This document shows, piece after piece, positions 1 through 12,229 of a DNA stretch of 64,000 bases. Location: positions 311,280 through 375,279 of the forward strand of contig NW_003314378.1 in assembly GCF_000143415.4 (NCBI RefSeq). The letters run 5' to 3'. Position numbers and translations under genes: made by a program. Numbering within the stretch: position 1 is the stretch's first letter; every line of letters begins with the position of its first letter. Below the pieces are notes generated by a model. It did no database searches and had not been told where the DNA came from. It was given only the letters and a program-made list of their open reading frames with translations. Origin of the DNA: Selaginella moellendorffii (Eukaryota; Plantae; Lycopodiophyta).

Positions 1-69
1 TGCATTATCGAGATTGGAATCACAAGAACATGGAAAGAACTGGACGTGTCTCCCAGCGTGGTGCGTGTT

Positions 70-260
70 TCGTCCGGGAATTAATCTTGTGATGTTTGCT
101 CGAGGCGATGTAGCCTTGATTGTCACAGTAGATTGGTGTTGGGCCGGGTGTCGTTGAGGAGGCGGCGAAGCCAGATGGCCTCTTTGCATGCGGAACTAGC
201 CTCCGCCTCACAGCTGGAGCAGGCAACGACGCTCTTCTTCTTGCTGCTAACTGCATTGTG
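70..260 (-). mobile_element. Ty1/Copia RNase H fragment (copy in left arm)
   Basis: Minus-strand translation gives KKSVVACSSCEAE..ACKEAIWLRRLL and, after a frameshift, PTPIYCDNQG..HKINSRTKH, which is the Copia RNase H signature. Confidence 0.8.
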
Positions 261-459
261 AAGGCTAAACAATTTAGCCAAAGCCAGCCCAGTAAGCTTG
301 ACTCGTGGCCTTAAGACCGCAAGAAAACGTATCTCGGAAGTACGAAAAGACGCGTTTTAGTCAATGTTGAGGTCCAGGATTGTCAAGGGTTCTTGCACAA
401 AGTGGAATTCGAATGGATTAGCGCACCTTCCATGGCGTCCATATCCCCTCTATAACTAG

Positions 460-575
460 AAAAAAAACACACTCCAACAAGCGAACGAAGCATTTTCCTA
501 GGCTATGGCATTGAACACAAGGCTTACAAGGTCTACAATCCTGTCTCCAAGGCGCTGATCATCTCACCAGACGTG
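460..575 (+). mobile_element. Ty1/Copia post-integrase (SH3-like) fragment
   Basis: Translates as SIFLGYGIEHKAYKVYNPVSKALIISPDV, typical of the Copia integrase C-terminal region. Its counterpart is at ~11258-11370 on the minus strand. Confidence 0.75.
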
Positions 576-998
576 CATCCAATGAGACTCCATCACGTCA
601 AGTGGGAGAAAATCTGCCTTTGCCAGTGCTGCCCAATGCCCAATCCGAACGACCTGCGAATCTTCAAGACTCACTGCAGCCGCTCCTCTTTGCAGATCTT
701 CTCGCCAGAACAAGGGCAAGCCACCACCACGGCTGATTGCTCGCAGCTGTACACGACATCCCTGAAAGTCTTGTGGAGACTTTGAACTTCTGGGAATTCC
801 AAGCGGCTCTCAAGTCTCTTGAAGTTGACAGGGAAAAATGGAAAGTTGCCTTTATCATTCCCCTCACCTTGGTGAGACAAGCGCCTCCTGGACGCATGCT
901 GGGTGTGTGACTGTAATGGGAGGGAGCGGAGGTGCGGAAGAATGGGAAAAGAAGTGGAGGTGGAGGATTTGGAGAATTCACCGCCAGATGGAAAGAGC

Positions 999-1039
999 CT
1001 GACGTGTCTTCTTGCGTGACGTGTCAGCCACGTGGCTGT
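999..1039. promoter_or_regulatory. ABRE/G-box cluster (ACGTGTC x2 plus GCCACGTGGC)
   Basis: cctgacgtgtc...tgacgtgtcagccacgtggctg. The cluster is conserved in the other arm at ~10788-10830. Confidence 0.45.
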
Positions 1040-1533
1040 CCGCCTCTTCAATCATGATGGTGGTTGTCCTCGGAAGGGCCGGAGGGTGGCGTGGGCTGAC
1101 CCTGGATGAGCATTCTCCGGGAGGTCCTTTCGAGAAGAGTGTGGATCTTGTTAACAACAGGAAGGCGCAATTCGGAATTGAAAAGCTCGGCCTGCTGGCT
1201 CATCACCGAAAACGAGCCCGGCCTGGAACATTTGATGTTGCCGCTGATCATGATCACCAATGCGATGGCAACAAGCATCCTTCCACGATCCATTCCAGCC
1301 ACAAAAGCACTAAACGTAGTGATGATATCGTTGTATAAGAACCAAGAGCTGTGCTTGCTCCGATACGATTGGATCCAATGGGCCTCCAGTGTTTTATATT
1401 CACAGAAAAAGTTCTTCACCGGGCTTGGTAAACAGTCAAGTCCTTTGCGCGTGCCAATGTCAAAACAAGACTCGTTAGCTTCCAAGCCAGAACACTCTAC
1501 GAGCAGTTTTTCAAAGTCCTGCACAAAAGACAG

Positions 1534-2071
1534 CTGCTGCCCTAGCAAATGGGCTGTCCAAACGCTCGGCCTGCGCCCCAGCTATATGCCTGTAAAGTGA
1601 GGAGAATATTAGCAATCTTGAGATTCTTCAACAGCGAGAGTTCACCTTCAAGTTGACTTTGTCGGACCCAAGAGATTTTTTAAGAACTTTGATTATGTCG
1701 TCGTTGAAGAGATTGTCAAAAAGGCCATCAGTTCCCAAAACAATGATGTCCCCCTTGCAGACAGGGATCTTGAATTCCTGTAGACAGAAAATTAGCGAAT
1801 TTAAGGGAAAAGCAAGAATACCTCTGCAACCGTTGGATGGTCACCAAAAGTTCCAACTTGAAACAGAAAGTTAAAACTATGCTGCATGGGCTCCGAGCTT
1901 GCAACTACTTGCCAATTGCGAACTATGATGAACCCCGAGTCTCCCAAGCTTGCTGCATACAGTGTCTGAAACATATGACCCGACTCAGCCTCAAACATCA
2001 AATCCGACTAGCTTAGTTGCTCAAACAATGCAGCCACAAGAACCGTTGCTGATCCTTTGGCCTTTGTACTG
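1534..2071 (-). pseudogene. PTC7-type PP2C fragment (3' part, inverted copy)
   Basis: TLYAASLGDSGFIIVRN..SEPMQHSFN..FQVG and GTDGLFDNL. The fragment is truncated at both ends. Confidence 0.85.
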
Positions 2072-5000
2072 TGGAGACAATTGATGACAAGTCTCCACAT
2101 CAGCAAAAAAGACATGTCATTCATCCAAGACACCAACCACCAAGAGTCACACCCATACTGTTATGTACATAACCATACCAAAGCAATGAAGTCGATAGAG
2201 CATTCTGCGTACACTGGCAAACACAGCAACACAACGAGCAGGACCACGCTAGGGCTCTTGTAGTCCTTGCTAGGGTGGAACGACAGATTCAAGAACGCAA
2301 GTGAGCACAACATGATGTCCATCCGTGCTTCTACCCTAATTGTCGCTCTATGTGCATGGCGTATGGGCGTCCCTTCCAGTGATTCCCACTGCCTCTTCCC
2401 CGCCCCTGCCCCCGCCCCCGCCCCCCCCCCCCCCCCCCTCGCTTCTAGCTTACTCTATTGTTTTGTCCTTTCTTCTAGAAACTAATGGCTACCAGTACTC
2501 CACCTCGCACTACATCTAGAACCACCCTAGCGAGCACCATGGCCATCCTGGCTGGCAACTAAGATGTAGGATGGGAGAAGCTACTCTAGAAGTTCACAGG
2601 CGAGAACTTCACAACTTGGAAGACCAAAGTCCAATTAATCCTAATGGCAAAAAATTGTTGAGATTTGGTGGAGGGAACCGAAGTGAGACCTCAAGATATA
2701 GAAGCAGCCTTGCAAGCTACTTAAGACTCTAAGAACGGCAAAGCCCTTTCCGTGATTGGACTAGGTCTTGGAGATGAATTTATTCATCTCCTTGATCTAG
2801 AAAAATCCGCCAAGGCCAATTGGGACTCCCTTTCCCAAGTCTTTGTAGCCAAAGCTGCTAATGCTAAATTGGTTCTGACCCAGAAATTTTTCTCCCTATG
2901 CATGCAGCCTGGTGAGATGATGGCAACATACATTGGGAAGCTCAAGGGTTTAATGCAGCAGCTGAAGGAAGTAGGTGCTGCAGTTTCCGATGACTATGCA
3001 AAAGCCTTCTTGCTCTACTCTGTATCTTAAGAGTTGCAACAATTGTCCTCCATGCTTTCTTTTGTCCCAGGCAAAACCATGGAGGAGCTCTACTCTGATC
3101 TACTCAAGGAAGAGCACAAGATTGCTGAGCGTCAAGCTGGCCATCAAGGATCCCCTCAAGCTGCTCGCGAGCAGGCCTTGTTTCTTGGTAAGAAACAATC
3201 GAGTGGGGAGTAGAGGAAAGGAGGCACTAGCCGTGGGCCTCGTATCTCTTCTGCTACAACTCCCAGCTCTTGATTTAACTTCTCCAAGAAGAAAAAAGGT
3301 CCTTGCAACTATTGTGGAAAGATGGGGCATGTCGAGTGTGAGTGTTGTGCAAAGAAGGCTGCCACCCAGCACATGCTTACCCAGAGCAACTTGTTGTTGA
3401 TGATGGCTCTTTACCCGTCACCGGTGTCTGCTCTTGAGGTTCTATGGCTGGATAGTGGTGCCTCTTTTCACATGACTCCCTTAAGGTCTGCCTTTCACAC
3501 TTACAAGGCTCTTCAAGCTCCACAACAGGTTTATGTCGGCGACAAGCGACCACTCTAGGTGGAAGGTCGTGGCATGGTGGTGATCAGGCTATCCACTGGA
3601 CCTTTTAAGGAGGTTCATCACGTGCACTTTGTACCTGAAGCAGCACATACAGTTCTTTCTATAGGTGTAGCCTCAGATCAAGGCTTTACTACCACCTTCT
3701 TCCCAAAAGGGTGCACCATCTATGGTCGTGATGGTACTTCTGTAGCTAGTGGCATGAGGTATGAAACACTCTACTGTTTAAATGCAGAATTGGTTTTTCC
3801 AACTCAAGTGCTTGCTTTCTGAGCACAAGACACCATTGAGCTCTGGCATGCTCGTCTGGGGCATGTCAATGAACGAGATCTACATGCCTTGGCTCGTAAC
3901 CAGCATGCTAAAGGCATCATGCTCCCAACTGGCCATCTAGGCGTGTGTGAAACTTGCTATCTTGGGAAGCAAGTTCACCTTCCTTTTCCATCAAGAACCA
4001 TGGAGGACCAAGCTACAGGCTTATTGGATCTGGTTCACAATGACGTGTGCTACTTGCCATGGAAACACTCAGCCACAAGAGGTACTTTGTGTCTTTTATC
4101 AATGACCATTCCAGATATGCTGTGGTGAGCCTTCTCCATGCCAAGAGCGAAGTGTTCAACCACTTTAAGCTTTTTAAGAGCTGGGCAGAGACGTCTACTG
4201 GCCAAAAGATTCGTGTGTTACGCACAGATGGTGGTGGAGAGTACCTGAACAAAGAGTTTCTCAACTTTCTAGCTGAGGCTAGCATTGTTCACCAGTACAC
4301 AACAGCCCATACTCCCCAACAGAACGGCATGGCAGAGCACCTCAATCGCATGCTACTAGAGACTGTTTGTTGCCTTCTCCAACACACAAGCATACCCAAC
4401 TCTTTTTGGGGTGAAGCCATTAACACGGTTGTTTATATCCGTAATCGCCTTCCCACAAGGAGCACTGGTGTGGTTCCTTATCAAGCTTGGACTGGGAAGT
4501 GTCCTCAGTTAGGGCACTTGAGGGTCTTTCGCTGCACAATGTATGCTTGCATTCCAGATGCGACTCGGCAGAAGCTGGATCCTAGGAGCCAGAAGACCAT
4601 CTTCGTGGGCTATCATGCTCATTCCAAGGCCTATCACCTACCTCTATAATCTTGCTCTCAAGAAGCTCGTGGTCAGCCAAGATGTCTCTTTCAATGAGCA
4701 AGATCTTTATCGCCACATTCAAGGTACTATTCCTTCAAGTTCTAACTTGGTGGACTTGACCCCAGTGCTGGAAGACGAGCTCACCCACCCACCAACACCA
4801 GCAATCCAAAGGCTACTCGTTCCAGAAGGAGGAACACCTCTTCCACTTGGTGATGAACCTTCTCCAGCAACTCTGCTGCTACCAGTTCCTCTAGTCACTT
4901 CGGTGGCTACTAGCAGCAACACTACTTCATCCAATGAGCAGAATCTTGCTGCTACTGTGGACGAGTTGTTCATTGGTGAAGAAACAGTTGGAGGATCTTC

Positions 5001-5609
5001 CCGCTCACCTCCTCCAGATTCTCTCATGACACCACCACCTCGTCAAGAGATTGGAGCTATTACCTGTTTAGGACAAGTGAGCAAGCCAACGGTCAAAGCT
5101 CTAGAATCTCTTGCTCAAGCTCCATGCAAGAAGGGATTCTACTGGGCCATGAGCTCCATTGTTGAACCTCGTGGCTACCAAGTTGCTCTCTCCAATCCTG
5201 ATGCCTCACAGTGGCAAGCAGCCATGCAGGACGAGTATGACTCATTGATCAAGAATGGAATCTGGACATTGGTTCCCCTCCCTCCCGGCAGGAAGGCAGT
5301 CACAGCCAAATGGCTGTTCAAGAAGAAATATCGAGCTGATGGCAGCATTGAGCGCTACAAGGCACACTTTGTAGCTCGTGGTTTCTCTCAGATCCAAGGA
5401 GTTGATTACTCTCAAACTTATAGCCTTGTTATAAAGCTGACAACAATTTGTGTTTTGATGAGTCTTGCAGTTGAGCTCGACCTGGAGCTCCATCAACTTG
5501 ATGTGAGAACTGCATTCCTGAATGGTGATCTTGAGGAGGAGGTGTATGTTGCCCAGCCTCCTGGATTTATACGTCCCGGACAAGAGCATCTAGTCTGCCG
5601 CTTGCACAA
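2070..5609 (+). mobile_element. Ty1/Copia LTR retrotransposon, degenerate and 3'-truncated within RT
   Basis: Starts with TG where homology to PP2C ends. gag runs from 2485 (KFTGENFTTWK), followed by zinc knuckle CNYCGKMGHVECEC, protease WLDSGASFHM, GAG-pre-integrase LWHARLGH..CETC, integrase (RTDGGGEY, PQQNGMAE) and RT (WLFKKK, QLDVRTAFLNGDLEEEVYVAQPPGF). There are many stops and frameshifts. No YVDD, RNase H or 3' LTR is present. Confidence 0.95.
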
Positions 5610-5990
5610 GACTAAGAGGTTCCCGTGCACGAGGAAGAGCAGCTCGGATCCTCGGGGGTGGACGTGGGGGGGATTGGTGCCGCCATGAGCGTAGTCAATG
5701 CGGGCAAAAGCTACACCAAAGGTGTTGAGACCGGGGAAATTGTTGACACTCGCCAGCGTGACGTTGGAGCTGAGCTTGTTGTCGGTGTTCCCGGGAGTCG
5801 CCAGCAGGCTCAACTTGAAGTCCTCGGCTTTCACATCGGCGGCCGCCTTGCAGACGACGCCGTTCACTTTGATCTTGGAGCCATTGTCTGCAACGCAAAA
5901 GTCCTGCAGCATATCTTCATCCGCGGCATGCACAAACAAGATGGAGCTGATTGCTAGGAGGAAGGATAGAACAAAACGAAGATGAGCCAT
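5610..5990 (-). pseudogene. 3'-truncated germin-like protein duplicate
   Basis: Nearly identical to 12926-13305. It keeps the signal peptide, QDFCVAD and germin box 1 (PPHVHPRGSE) and breaks into antisense Copia RT after GNLLV. Confidence 0.92.
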
Positions 5991-6570
5991 CTTGCGAGCT
6001 TGGAAAAGACTGATGGATTATAGCCGGAGGAGGGAAGGCGAGGTCCTTTGGATGACTTCGTCCTGAATCGTGCACGATTTTAGGTACACGGGCTTCTGTT
6101 CCCTTCTATTTCATTTCTTACTCTTGCTGTCTGCGTAACACAATCTGATATTTTTGCTGCCAAGTCGTCTCGGAAGTTCTCTTTTACCAGGCTTGTCTAG
6201 AGCCGTCAAAATCATCTTTTCTGTGTGTAGATGACGACCTTGGTTTTGATGGTAGGAACTGGTCTCAGTGAAACTCGAGTTTTACACGGTCTTGCTAAAA
6301 GCTTGGCACCTTCTTGGCACCAGAGACTTTTTATGTGTGGAGTTTTAACGTGCTGATACAAATAAACCATGGGTATATCGACCAAAGGTACGTCTCTGTA
6401 GGTTATCAATTTTGCAGACAACTGTGTAGAAGGATAGTTGCTCACATAGTCATGAGACATACATAGTCATAGTCATTGTGATTATTGCTTGCATCATTGT
6501 CATGGGCAAAACCGAATGTTTATTGCTGTCACTTTATTAATCAGTTTAATGGAATAAACTTATGATATTA
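5610..6570. repeat. Direct duplicate of germin 5' half plus promoter (partner ~12926-14032)
   Basis: Colinear high identity with several deletions in this copy, ending near taaacttatgatatt. Confidence 0.9.
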
Positions 6571-7139
6571 AAAAGTTTTATAATTTGTCCCACCATGGCA
6601 ATCTAGGAAAGCATCCAGTTGGGGTGGTGGGAGTGAACTGGGAAATACTCCTGTGCTGCTGTGTGAGCATGTCAATCAATCATTTAACCTCAGTATCAGT
6701 GGTCGTTGTGGGCAGTGCATTCTAAAGCTCTTTGGACTTGTTACGCAAAGTCCGGCACCCATGCTGGCATGACTCAGTCGTGACCACAATGAGTTCTGGT
6801 TTTGATAGGAGTGTTGTAAGCAGCATATGCATCCTAGTCAGACATAAGGTGGTCAAGAACTTTTGGAATTCCCCACCATTACAGAAAAACAAGGGGAAAA
6901 TATTAATAATTACTTTATTTAACTTTCACTCACCATTTTGTCAAAGAAAAACCTAAACAATGGTCAGTGTATAGTTTTATCTTAAGAGTAACATTCCATG
7001 AACTAGAGAGTAGAATTTAGTTGCTCAACCAAAGTCCCACCCATATCCATAACCCACGCCTTGTCCACCAGTGAAATCAACTCTCTGCGAGGAAAGAAAA
7101 TAAGATCCAAGCACTAATCACGCAAGTTTACCGCAGATC

Positions 7140-8475
7140 ATGGCTCACAACGAGCAACGTCCTCTCCTTCCTTAAGTACGCGAGGTAAGAATGTAGCTTG
7201 GAAGTTTTGGTGAGGTGTTGCTGGTCTCTCTATCTCTTGAAGCGCCCGAAGAGACAACGCATGTTACTTTCGATGAATCGGCAGTTTCCCTCCCACAACC
7301 GGCCAAGGCACACAACTCGGCTTGCAAAAATGGCGAAGAGGTTTGCAATTTTTTTTCCTTCTCTATATACTGAAGTCTCAAGCTTGCAGGGGTGCCAGAA
7401 TGCTGAAACGGATTCTACCAGCTGGTGAGCTTGTTTATTTTCGCGTGGCTATTGGTGAAATTCATGATGTTCTTGCTTTTTAAGGTTTCTTCGACTCGAC
7501 TATGCTGCCGCGATGCGTCCCCATCCTGAGAAGGTGCAAAGCTTACTTGCTAATTTTTGTAGAACTTCTAAGCTTTGCTGTTTACAGGCTCAAAGAGGGG
7601 GTGAAGATGCTTTCTTCACTGAAGGCTCCTGGATGGGTGTTGCTGATGGTGTTGGGGGCTGGGCCGGAGAAGGTAAGAAAAATCTTTCTTTGAGTCTGTT
7701 TTTCCAAGAGTTTTTACTGGTTTTCAGACATTGATTAGGGGATGTATTCTCGGGAGCTTATGAGACATTGTCAGGCATTGGTTGTAAACAGCAAAGGGAA
7801 ACCGGACCCCAAGGACGTGCTTGTCAAAGCCGCCGGCAGTACAAAGGCCCAGGGATCAGCAACGGCAGGGATCAGCAACGGTCCTTGTGGCTGCATTGTT
7901 TGAGCAAGTAAGCTAGTCGGATTTGATGGTTGAGGCTGAGTCTGGTCATATATTTCAGACACTGTACGCAGCAAACTTGGGAGACTCGGGGTTCATCATA
8001 GTTCGCAATTGGCAAGTAGTTGCAAGCTCGGAGCCCATGCAGCATAGTTTTAACTTTACGTTTCAAGTTGGAACGTTTGGTGACCATCCGACGGTTGCAG
8101 AGGTACTCTTGCTTTTCCCTTAAGTTCTCTAATTTTCCGTCTACAGGAATTCAAGATCCCTGTCTGCAAGGGGGAAACCATTGTTTTGGGAACTGATGGC
8201 CTTTTTGACAATCTCTTCAACAACGACATAATCGAAGTTCTTAAAAAATCTCTTGGGTCCGACCAAGTCAACTTGAAGGTGAACTCTCGCTGTTGAAGAA
8301 TCTCAAGATTGCTGAGATTCTCTTCACTTTACAGGCAGCTGCAGCAGACCTTGTAGCTGGGGCGCAGGCCAAGCGTTTGGACAGCCCGTTTGCCAGGGCG
8401 GCTGCAAAGGCGAGAATGAATTGGAGTGGTGGAAAGCTAGATGATACCACGGCAGTTGTGGCGTTTGTGACGTGA
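7140..8475 (+). pseudogene. PTC7-type protein phosphatase 2C pseudogene (multi-exon)
   Basis: Exons give RPHPEK, GGEDAFF, GVADGVGGW, LGDSGF, GTDGLFDN and GGKLDDTTAVVAFV. There is an in-frame TAG at 7736-7738 and a 16-bp tandem duplication (7850-7881) that shifts the frame at GSAT. The start is uncertain. Confidence 0.85.
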
Positions 8476-8619
8476 TATTTGAGTCGCGAAGGGTAAACAT
8501 TTCAAGCAGTTTTTGCAGGGGCCAGTGTAAATTGCTCAGGCCGTTAATATTTGCGGTATTTCCGGTTCTTTCGCTAATTGTATGACATCCTTTTGATTTG
8601 ATTCAAACCGCTCATTCTG

Positions 8620-9050
8620 TTTAGAGGGAACTGCTCAAGGTCACTTGAGGTGTTAGACATGTAGTTTAGCTGGACGATCACGAGCAAGCTCAAGATACTC
8701 AAGCTCTCCGGCAACATGATCTCTGGCTCGTCCTTCTCGGGGGTACATCGAGCTGCTAGGCCTTTGGCACGATGGGATCTTTCGCGACTGCGTGGCTCTC
8801 CAGGAGCTCTTCAACAGTCTCACACCCTCGTCCAGCAGCAAACTCCAGAATGTCATGCTCGGAAGTGCTCGAACAACGTTTCAGAGGAGCTCGTGTGGGC
8901 TGTATCTTGTCTCTCAGCTTGGGCAGACTCTTTGAGTTTGCTCGGATCTCTCGGAGAACCGGTTGGAGGTTCTGAAGGACTAAGTGGTGGAAACCCTGCT
9001 CCGGTCGGATAGCAACAAAGAGCTCACGGAGAACAGCTTGAAGGACAGCT
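8620..9050 (+). pseudogene. Extracellular-type LRR gene remnant
   Basis: Scattered plant LRR motifs across frames: NCSRSLEVLDM, LKILKLSGNMISGS, LSLL/DLSENRLE and ELTENSLK. Confidence 0.55.
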
Positions 9051-9199
9051 CCAGGCGAGCTCGTGTGGAGGATCCTTGGATACCGCTCTTGTCCCAGTAC
9101 CGTGCGACTCCACCAGAAAGATGGTGAGGAAGGTGGCGACAAGCCAATTGGCTGGAGCCGTGACTTCCTTCTTTGTCTCGAGTATTTGGTCGCGTGTCC

Positions 9200-10083
9200 C
9201 GTCCACATGGTGAGCCACGGAATTGTTTCTTAGTGGTGGTGGTTGTTTCCCCGAGGTGCTGGTGGCCTATCTCGATTACAACTACAGGGACCAGGACAAG
9301 GCCTTCTTCTGCCAAGATCAACAGCAAGCTCTCAACTCCAGCGCGCGGTGGATCGTCCTCTCCTCCGGCCAGTACATCACTCCGGCGCTCTACAACGTCC
9401 CGGCTTTCAGGAGCAAGCTCGAGGAATGGTTCCCATAGCAGGAGGCCATCTTCCATCTCCTGGTGAGGTACCTGTTGCTTCCCAGTGACTTCGTGTGGGA
9501 CAAGGCGGCCAGGTACTACGACGCGTACCTGGCCCAGGCCGAGCTTCTAGTCGGGGTCCAGCTGCAAAACCACATCTGGTTCTCGCCACCCAACCTCGCC
9601 GAGGATACATTCGACTGCCTGGTGCAACAAGGCGCGCTCGCAAACACCACCCAGGAGCGAGCTCCCAGATCGTCGGTGAGGAAGAACAGCAAGAAGGTGG
9701 CGGTGCTGGTGGTGTCGCTCAACTCTCAGTACTCGGAGACGCTCAAGAGCAAGGTGCTGGGATACGATCTAGCGGACGGCTCCTCGGTGTCCATCCACCA
9801 GCCGAGCGTGGAGGGCGTGGAAAACACGAAGAACTTGGATCACGACGCACAGGCGGTGATGAAGATCTAGTTGCTGTCGATGAGCGATGTCCTGGTGACG
9901 AGCCCGCCATCCACGTTTGGCTACTCGGCGGCGGGGCTGGCGGGCGTGAGGCCCGTGCAGTTCGTGTGCGACCAGAACAAGAGCGTGGTTTGCTCGGTGA
10001 GGGAGACGATGGAGCCGTGCTACCACGTTTATCCGGCTCAGTTCGCATTGAAAAGTGCGAATGCAGCGTGGGTTTCAGACTAG
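9200..10083 (+). pseudogene. Xyloglucan fucosyltransferase (GT37, FUT1/MUR2 family) pseudogene
   Basis: DKAFFCQDQQ, IFHLLVRYLLLPSDFVW..YYDAYLA..VGVQ, VSIHQPS, LLSMSDVLVTSPPSTFGY..GLAG..P and EPCYH. Stops at 9436-9438 and 9868-9870; the N-terminal half is missing. Confidence 0.9.
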
Positions 10084-10288
10084 TCTATAGAAAGTTCTTA
10101 AAGCTTTTAAAATTTTATTTTCTTTCTCGTGATAGATTTCTAAGTTGCTCCTTGGCTGCATGATGCAAATCTAGCGTCATTTGTAGATTTGCGTGGTCAG
10201 GTCATGCTCTTGGCCCACGCAAAGTTGCGCCAAGGCTGCCTTGAAATCCAGGTAATTTGGTACCAAGAGCTTATAGACTTCAAATGGC

Positions 10289-11822
10289 GAGCTGTCTTTT
10301 GGGCAGGACTTTGAAAAACTGCTCGTAGAGTGTTCTGGCTTGGAAGCTAACGAGTCTTGTTTTGACAGATGGCACGTGCAAAGGACTTGACTGTTTACCA
10401 AGCCCGGTGGAGAACTTTCTGTGTGAATGAATATAAAGCACTGGAGGCCCATTGGATCCAATCGTAGCAGAGCAAGCACAGCTCTTGGTTCTTATACAAC
10501 GATATCATCACTACGTTTAGTGCTTTTGTGGCTGGAATGGATCGTGGAAGGATACTTCTTGCCATCACATTGGTGATCATGATCAGCGGCAACATCGATT
10601 GTTCCAGGCCAGGCTCGTTTTCGGTGATGAGCCAACAGGCCGAGCTTTTCAATTTCGAATTGCGCCTTCCTGTTGTTAACAAGATCCACACTCTTCTCGA
10701 AAGGACCTCCCGGAGAATGCTCACCCAGGATCAGCCCACGCCAGCTCCCGGCCCTTCCGGGTGCTGCCACGATAAGTGAAGAGGCGGACAGCCACGTGGC
10801 TGACACGTCACTCTAGGAGACACGTCAGGCTCTTTCCATCTGGCGGCGAATTCTCCTCCAAATCCTCCACTCCTTTCCCCATTCTTCCCCACCTCCGCTC
10901 CCTCCCATTACAGTCACACATCAATTTACCCAGCTTGCGTCCATGAGGCGCTTGTCTCACCAAGGTGAAGGGGAATGATAAAGGCAACTTTCCATTTTTC
11001 CTTGACTTGGGAGCTGCGTGGAATTCCTAGAAGTTCCACTCCAGCAAGTAAAGTCTCCACAAGACTTTCAGGGATGTCTTGCACAGCTGCGAGCAATCAG
11101 CCGTGGTGGTGGCTTGCCCTTGTTCTGGCGAGAAGATCTGCAAAGAGGAGCGGCTGCAGTGAGTCTTGAAGATTCGCAGGTCGTTCGGATTGGGCATTGG
11201 GCAGCACTGGCAAAGGCAGATTTTCTCCCACTTGACGTGATGGAGTCTCATTGAAATGCACGTCTGGTGAGATGGTCAGCGCCTTTGAGACAGGATTGTC
11301 GATCTTGTAAGCCTTGTGTTCAATGCTATAGCCTAGAAAAATGCCTCGTTCGCTTGTTCGAGTGAGTTTTTTTCTAGTTTTAGAGGGGATATGGACGCTA
11401 TGGAAGGTGCACTAATCCGTTCGAATTCCACTTTGTGCAAGAACCTTTGACAATCCTGGACCTCAACATTGGCAAACACTTAAACGTAGATTTGTTTTCT
11501 TACAGTCTTAAGGCCACGAGTCAAGCTTACGGGGCTGGCTTTGGCTAAATTGTTTAGCCTTCACAATGCAGTTGGCAGCGAGAAGCAGAGCGTCGTTGCC
11601 TGCTCCAGCTGTGAGGCGGAGGCTAGTTCCGCATGCAAAGAGGCCATCTGGCTTCGCCGCCTCCTCAACGACCACCCGGCCCAACACCAATCTACAGTGA
11701 CAATCAAGGCTACATCGCCTTGAGCAAACATCACAAGATTAATTCCCGGACGAAACACACACCACGCTGGGAGACACGTCCAGTTCTTTCCATGTTCTTG
11801 TGATTCCAATCTTAATAATGCA
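10289..11822 (+). repeat. Right arm segment of the inverted duplication (mosaic of unidentified gene fragments and Copia pieces)
   Basis: Reverse complement of 1-~1533. Confidence 0.92.
11560..11765 (+). mobile_element. Ty1/Copia RNase H fragment
   Basis: SEKQSVVACSSCEAEASSACKEAIWLRRLL followed by frameshifted PTPIYSDNQG..SRTKH. Confidence 0.85.
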
Positions 11823-12229
11823 ATCTTAATTGAACATCACCACAGCCTGGAAATCGAGTGCACTGCTCATCCCACCAAACAATCTGATCTCGTGCACAGC
11901 ATGAAACGAACATTCTCTGTGCCTCTCCTGATAGAGCCATACAGAACCTTCTCATGTCCAGCCACTTGATTATTATATGCAGCACACTCAAATACGTCCA
12001 GGTAAATCTCGAAATCCTCTCAAAGTAGGCTAAAGGAGATACTTTCTCATCTTGCCAAAAGCCTCTTCTAACACATGCTTGAGGATTAGAGAGGGCTTGG
12101 GTGAGTTGGCAAAGTGTAGTTTTGGTCTTTTTCTTGAAAATCATGGACCTCACTTCACTACCGCATAAAGGGATCACTGCGTTTGCTCATTGTGGCGAGG
12201 GCGAGAAAGTCCTCGATGGGAGCGTGGAA

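Larger units (their letters stand above)
1..2071 (-). repeat. Left arm of a large inverted duplication (reverse complement of ~7837-8405 joined to ~10289-11822)
   Basis: Base 1 tgcattatcgagattggaatcacaagaacatgg is the near reverse complement of ~11790-11822. 1-~1533 matches ~10289-11822 and ~1534-2071 matches the PP2C segment ~7837-8405. The arm may extend beyond the left edge of the window. Confidence 0.95.

Noticed and set aside
2070-2484. Defined 5' LTR end and PBS of the Copia element
   Set aside because: There is no second LTR for comparison and no clear tRNA-complementary PBS; tggctaccag overlaps the gag start codon.
11090-11135. GGLPL(V)L resembling the NB-ARC GLPL motif
   Set aside because: It needs a frameshift, and no P-loop, kinase-2 or MHD motif is found nearby.
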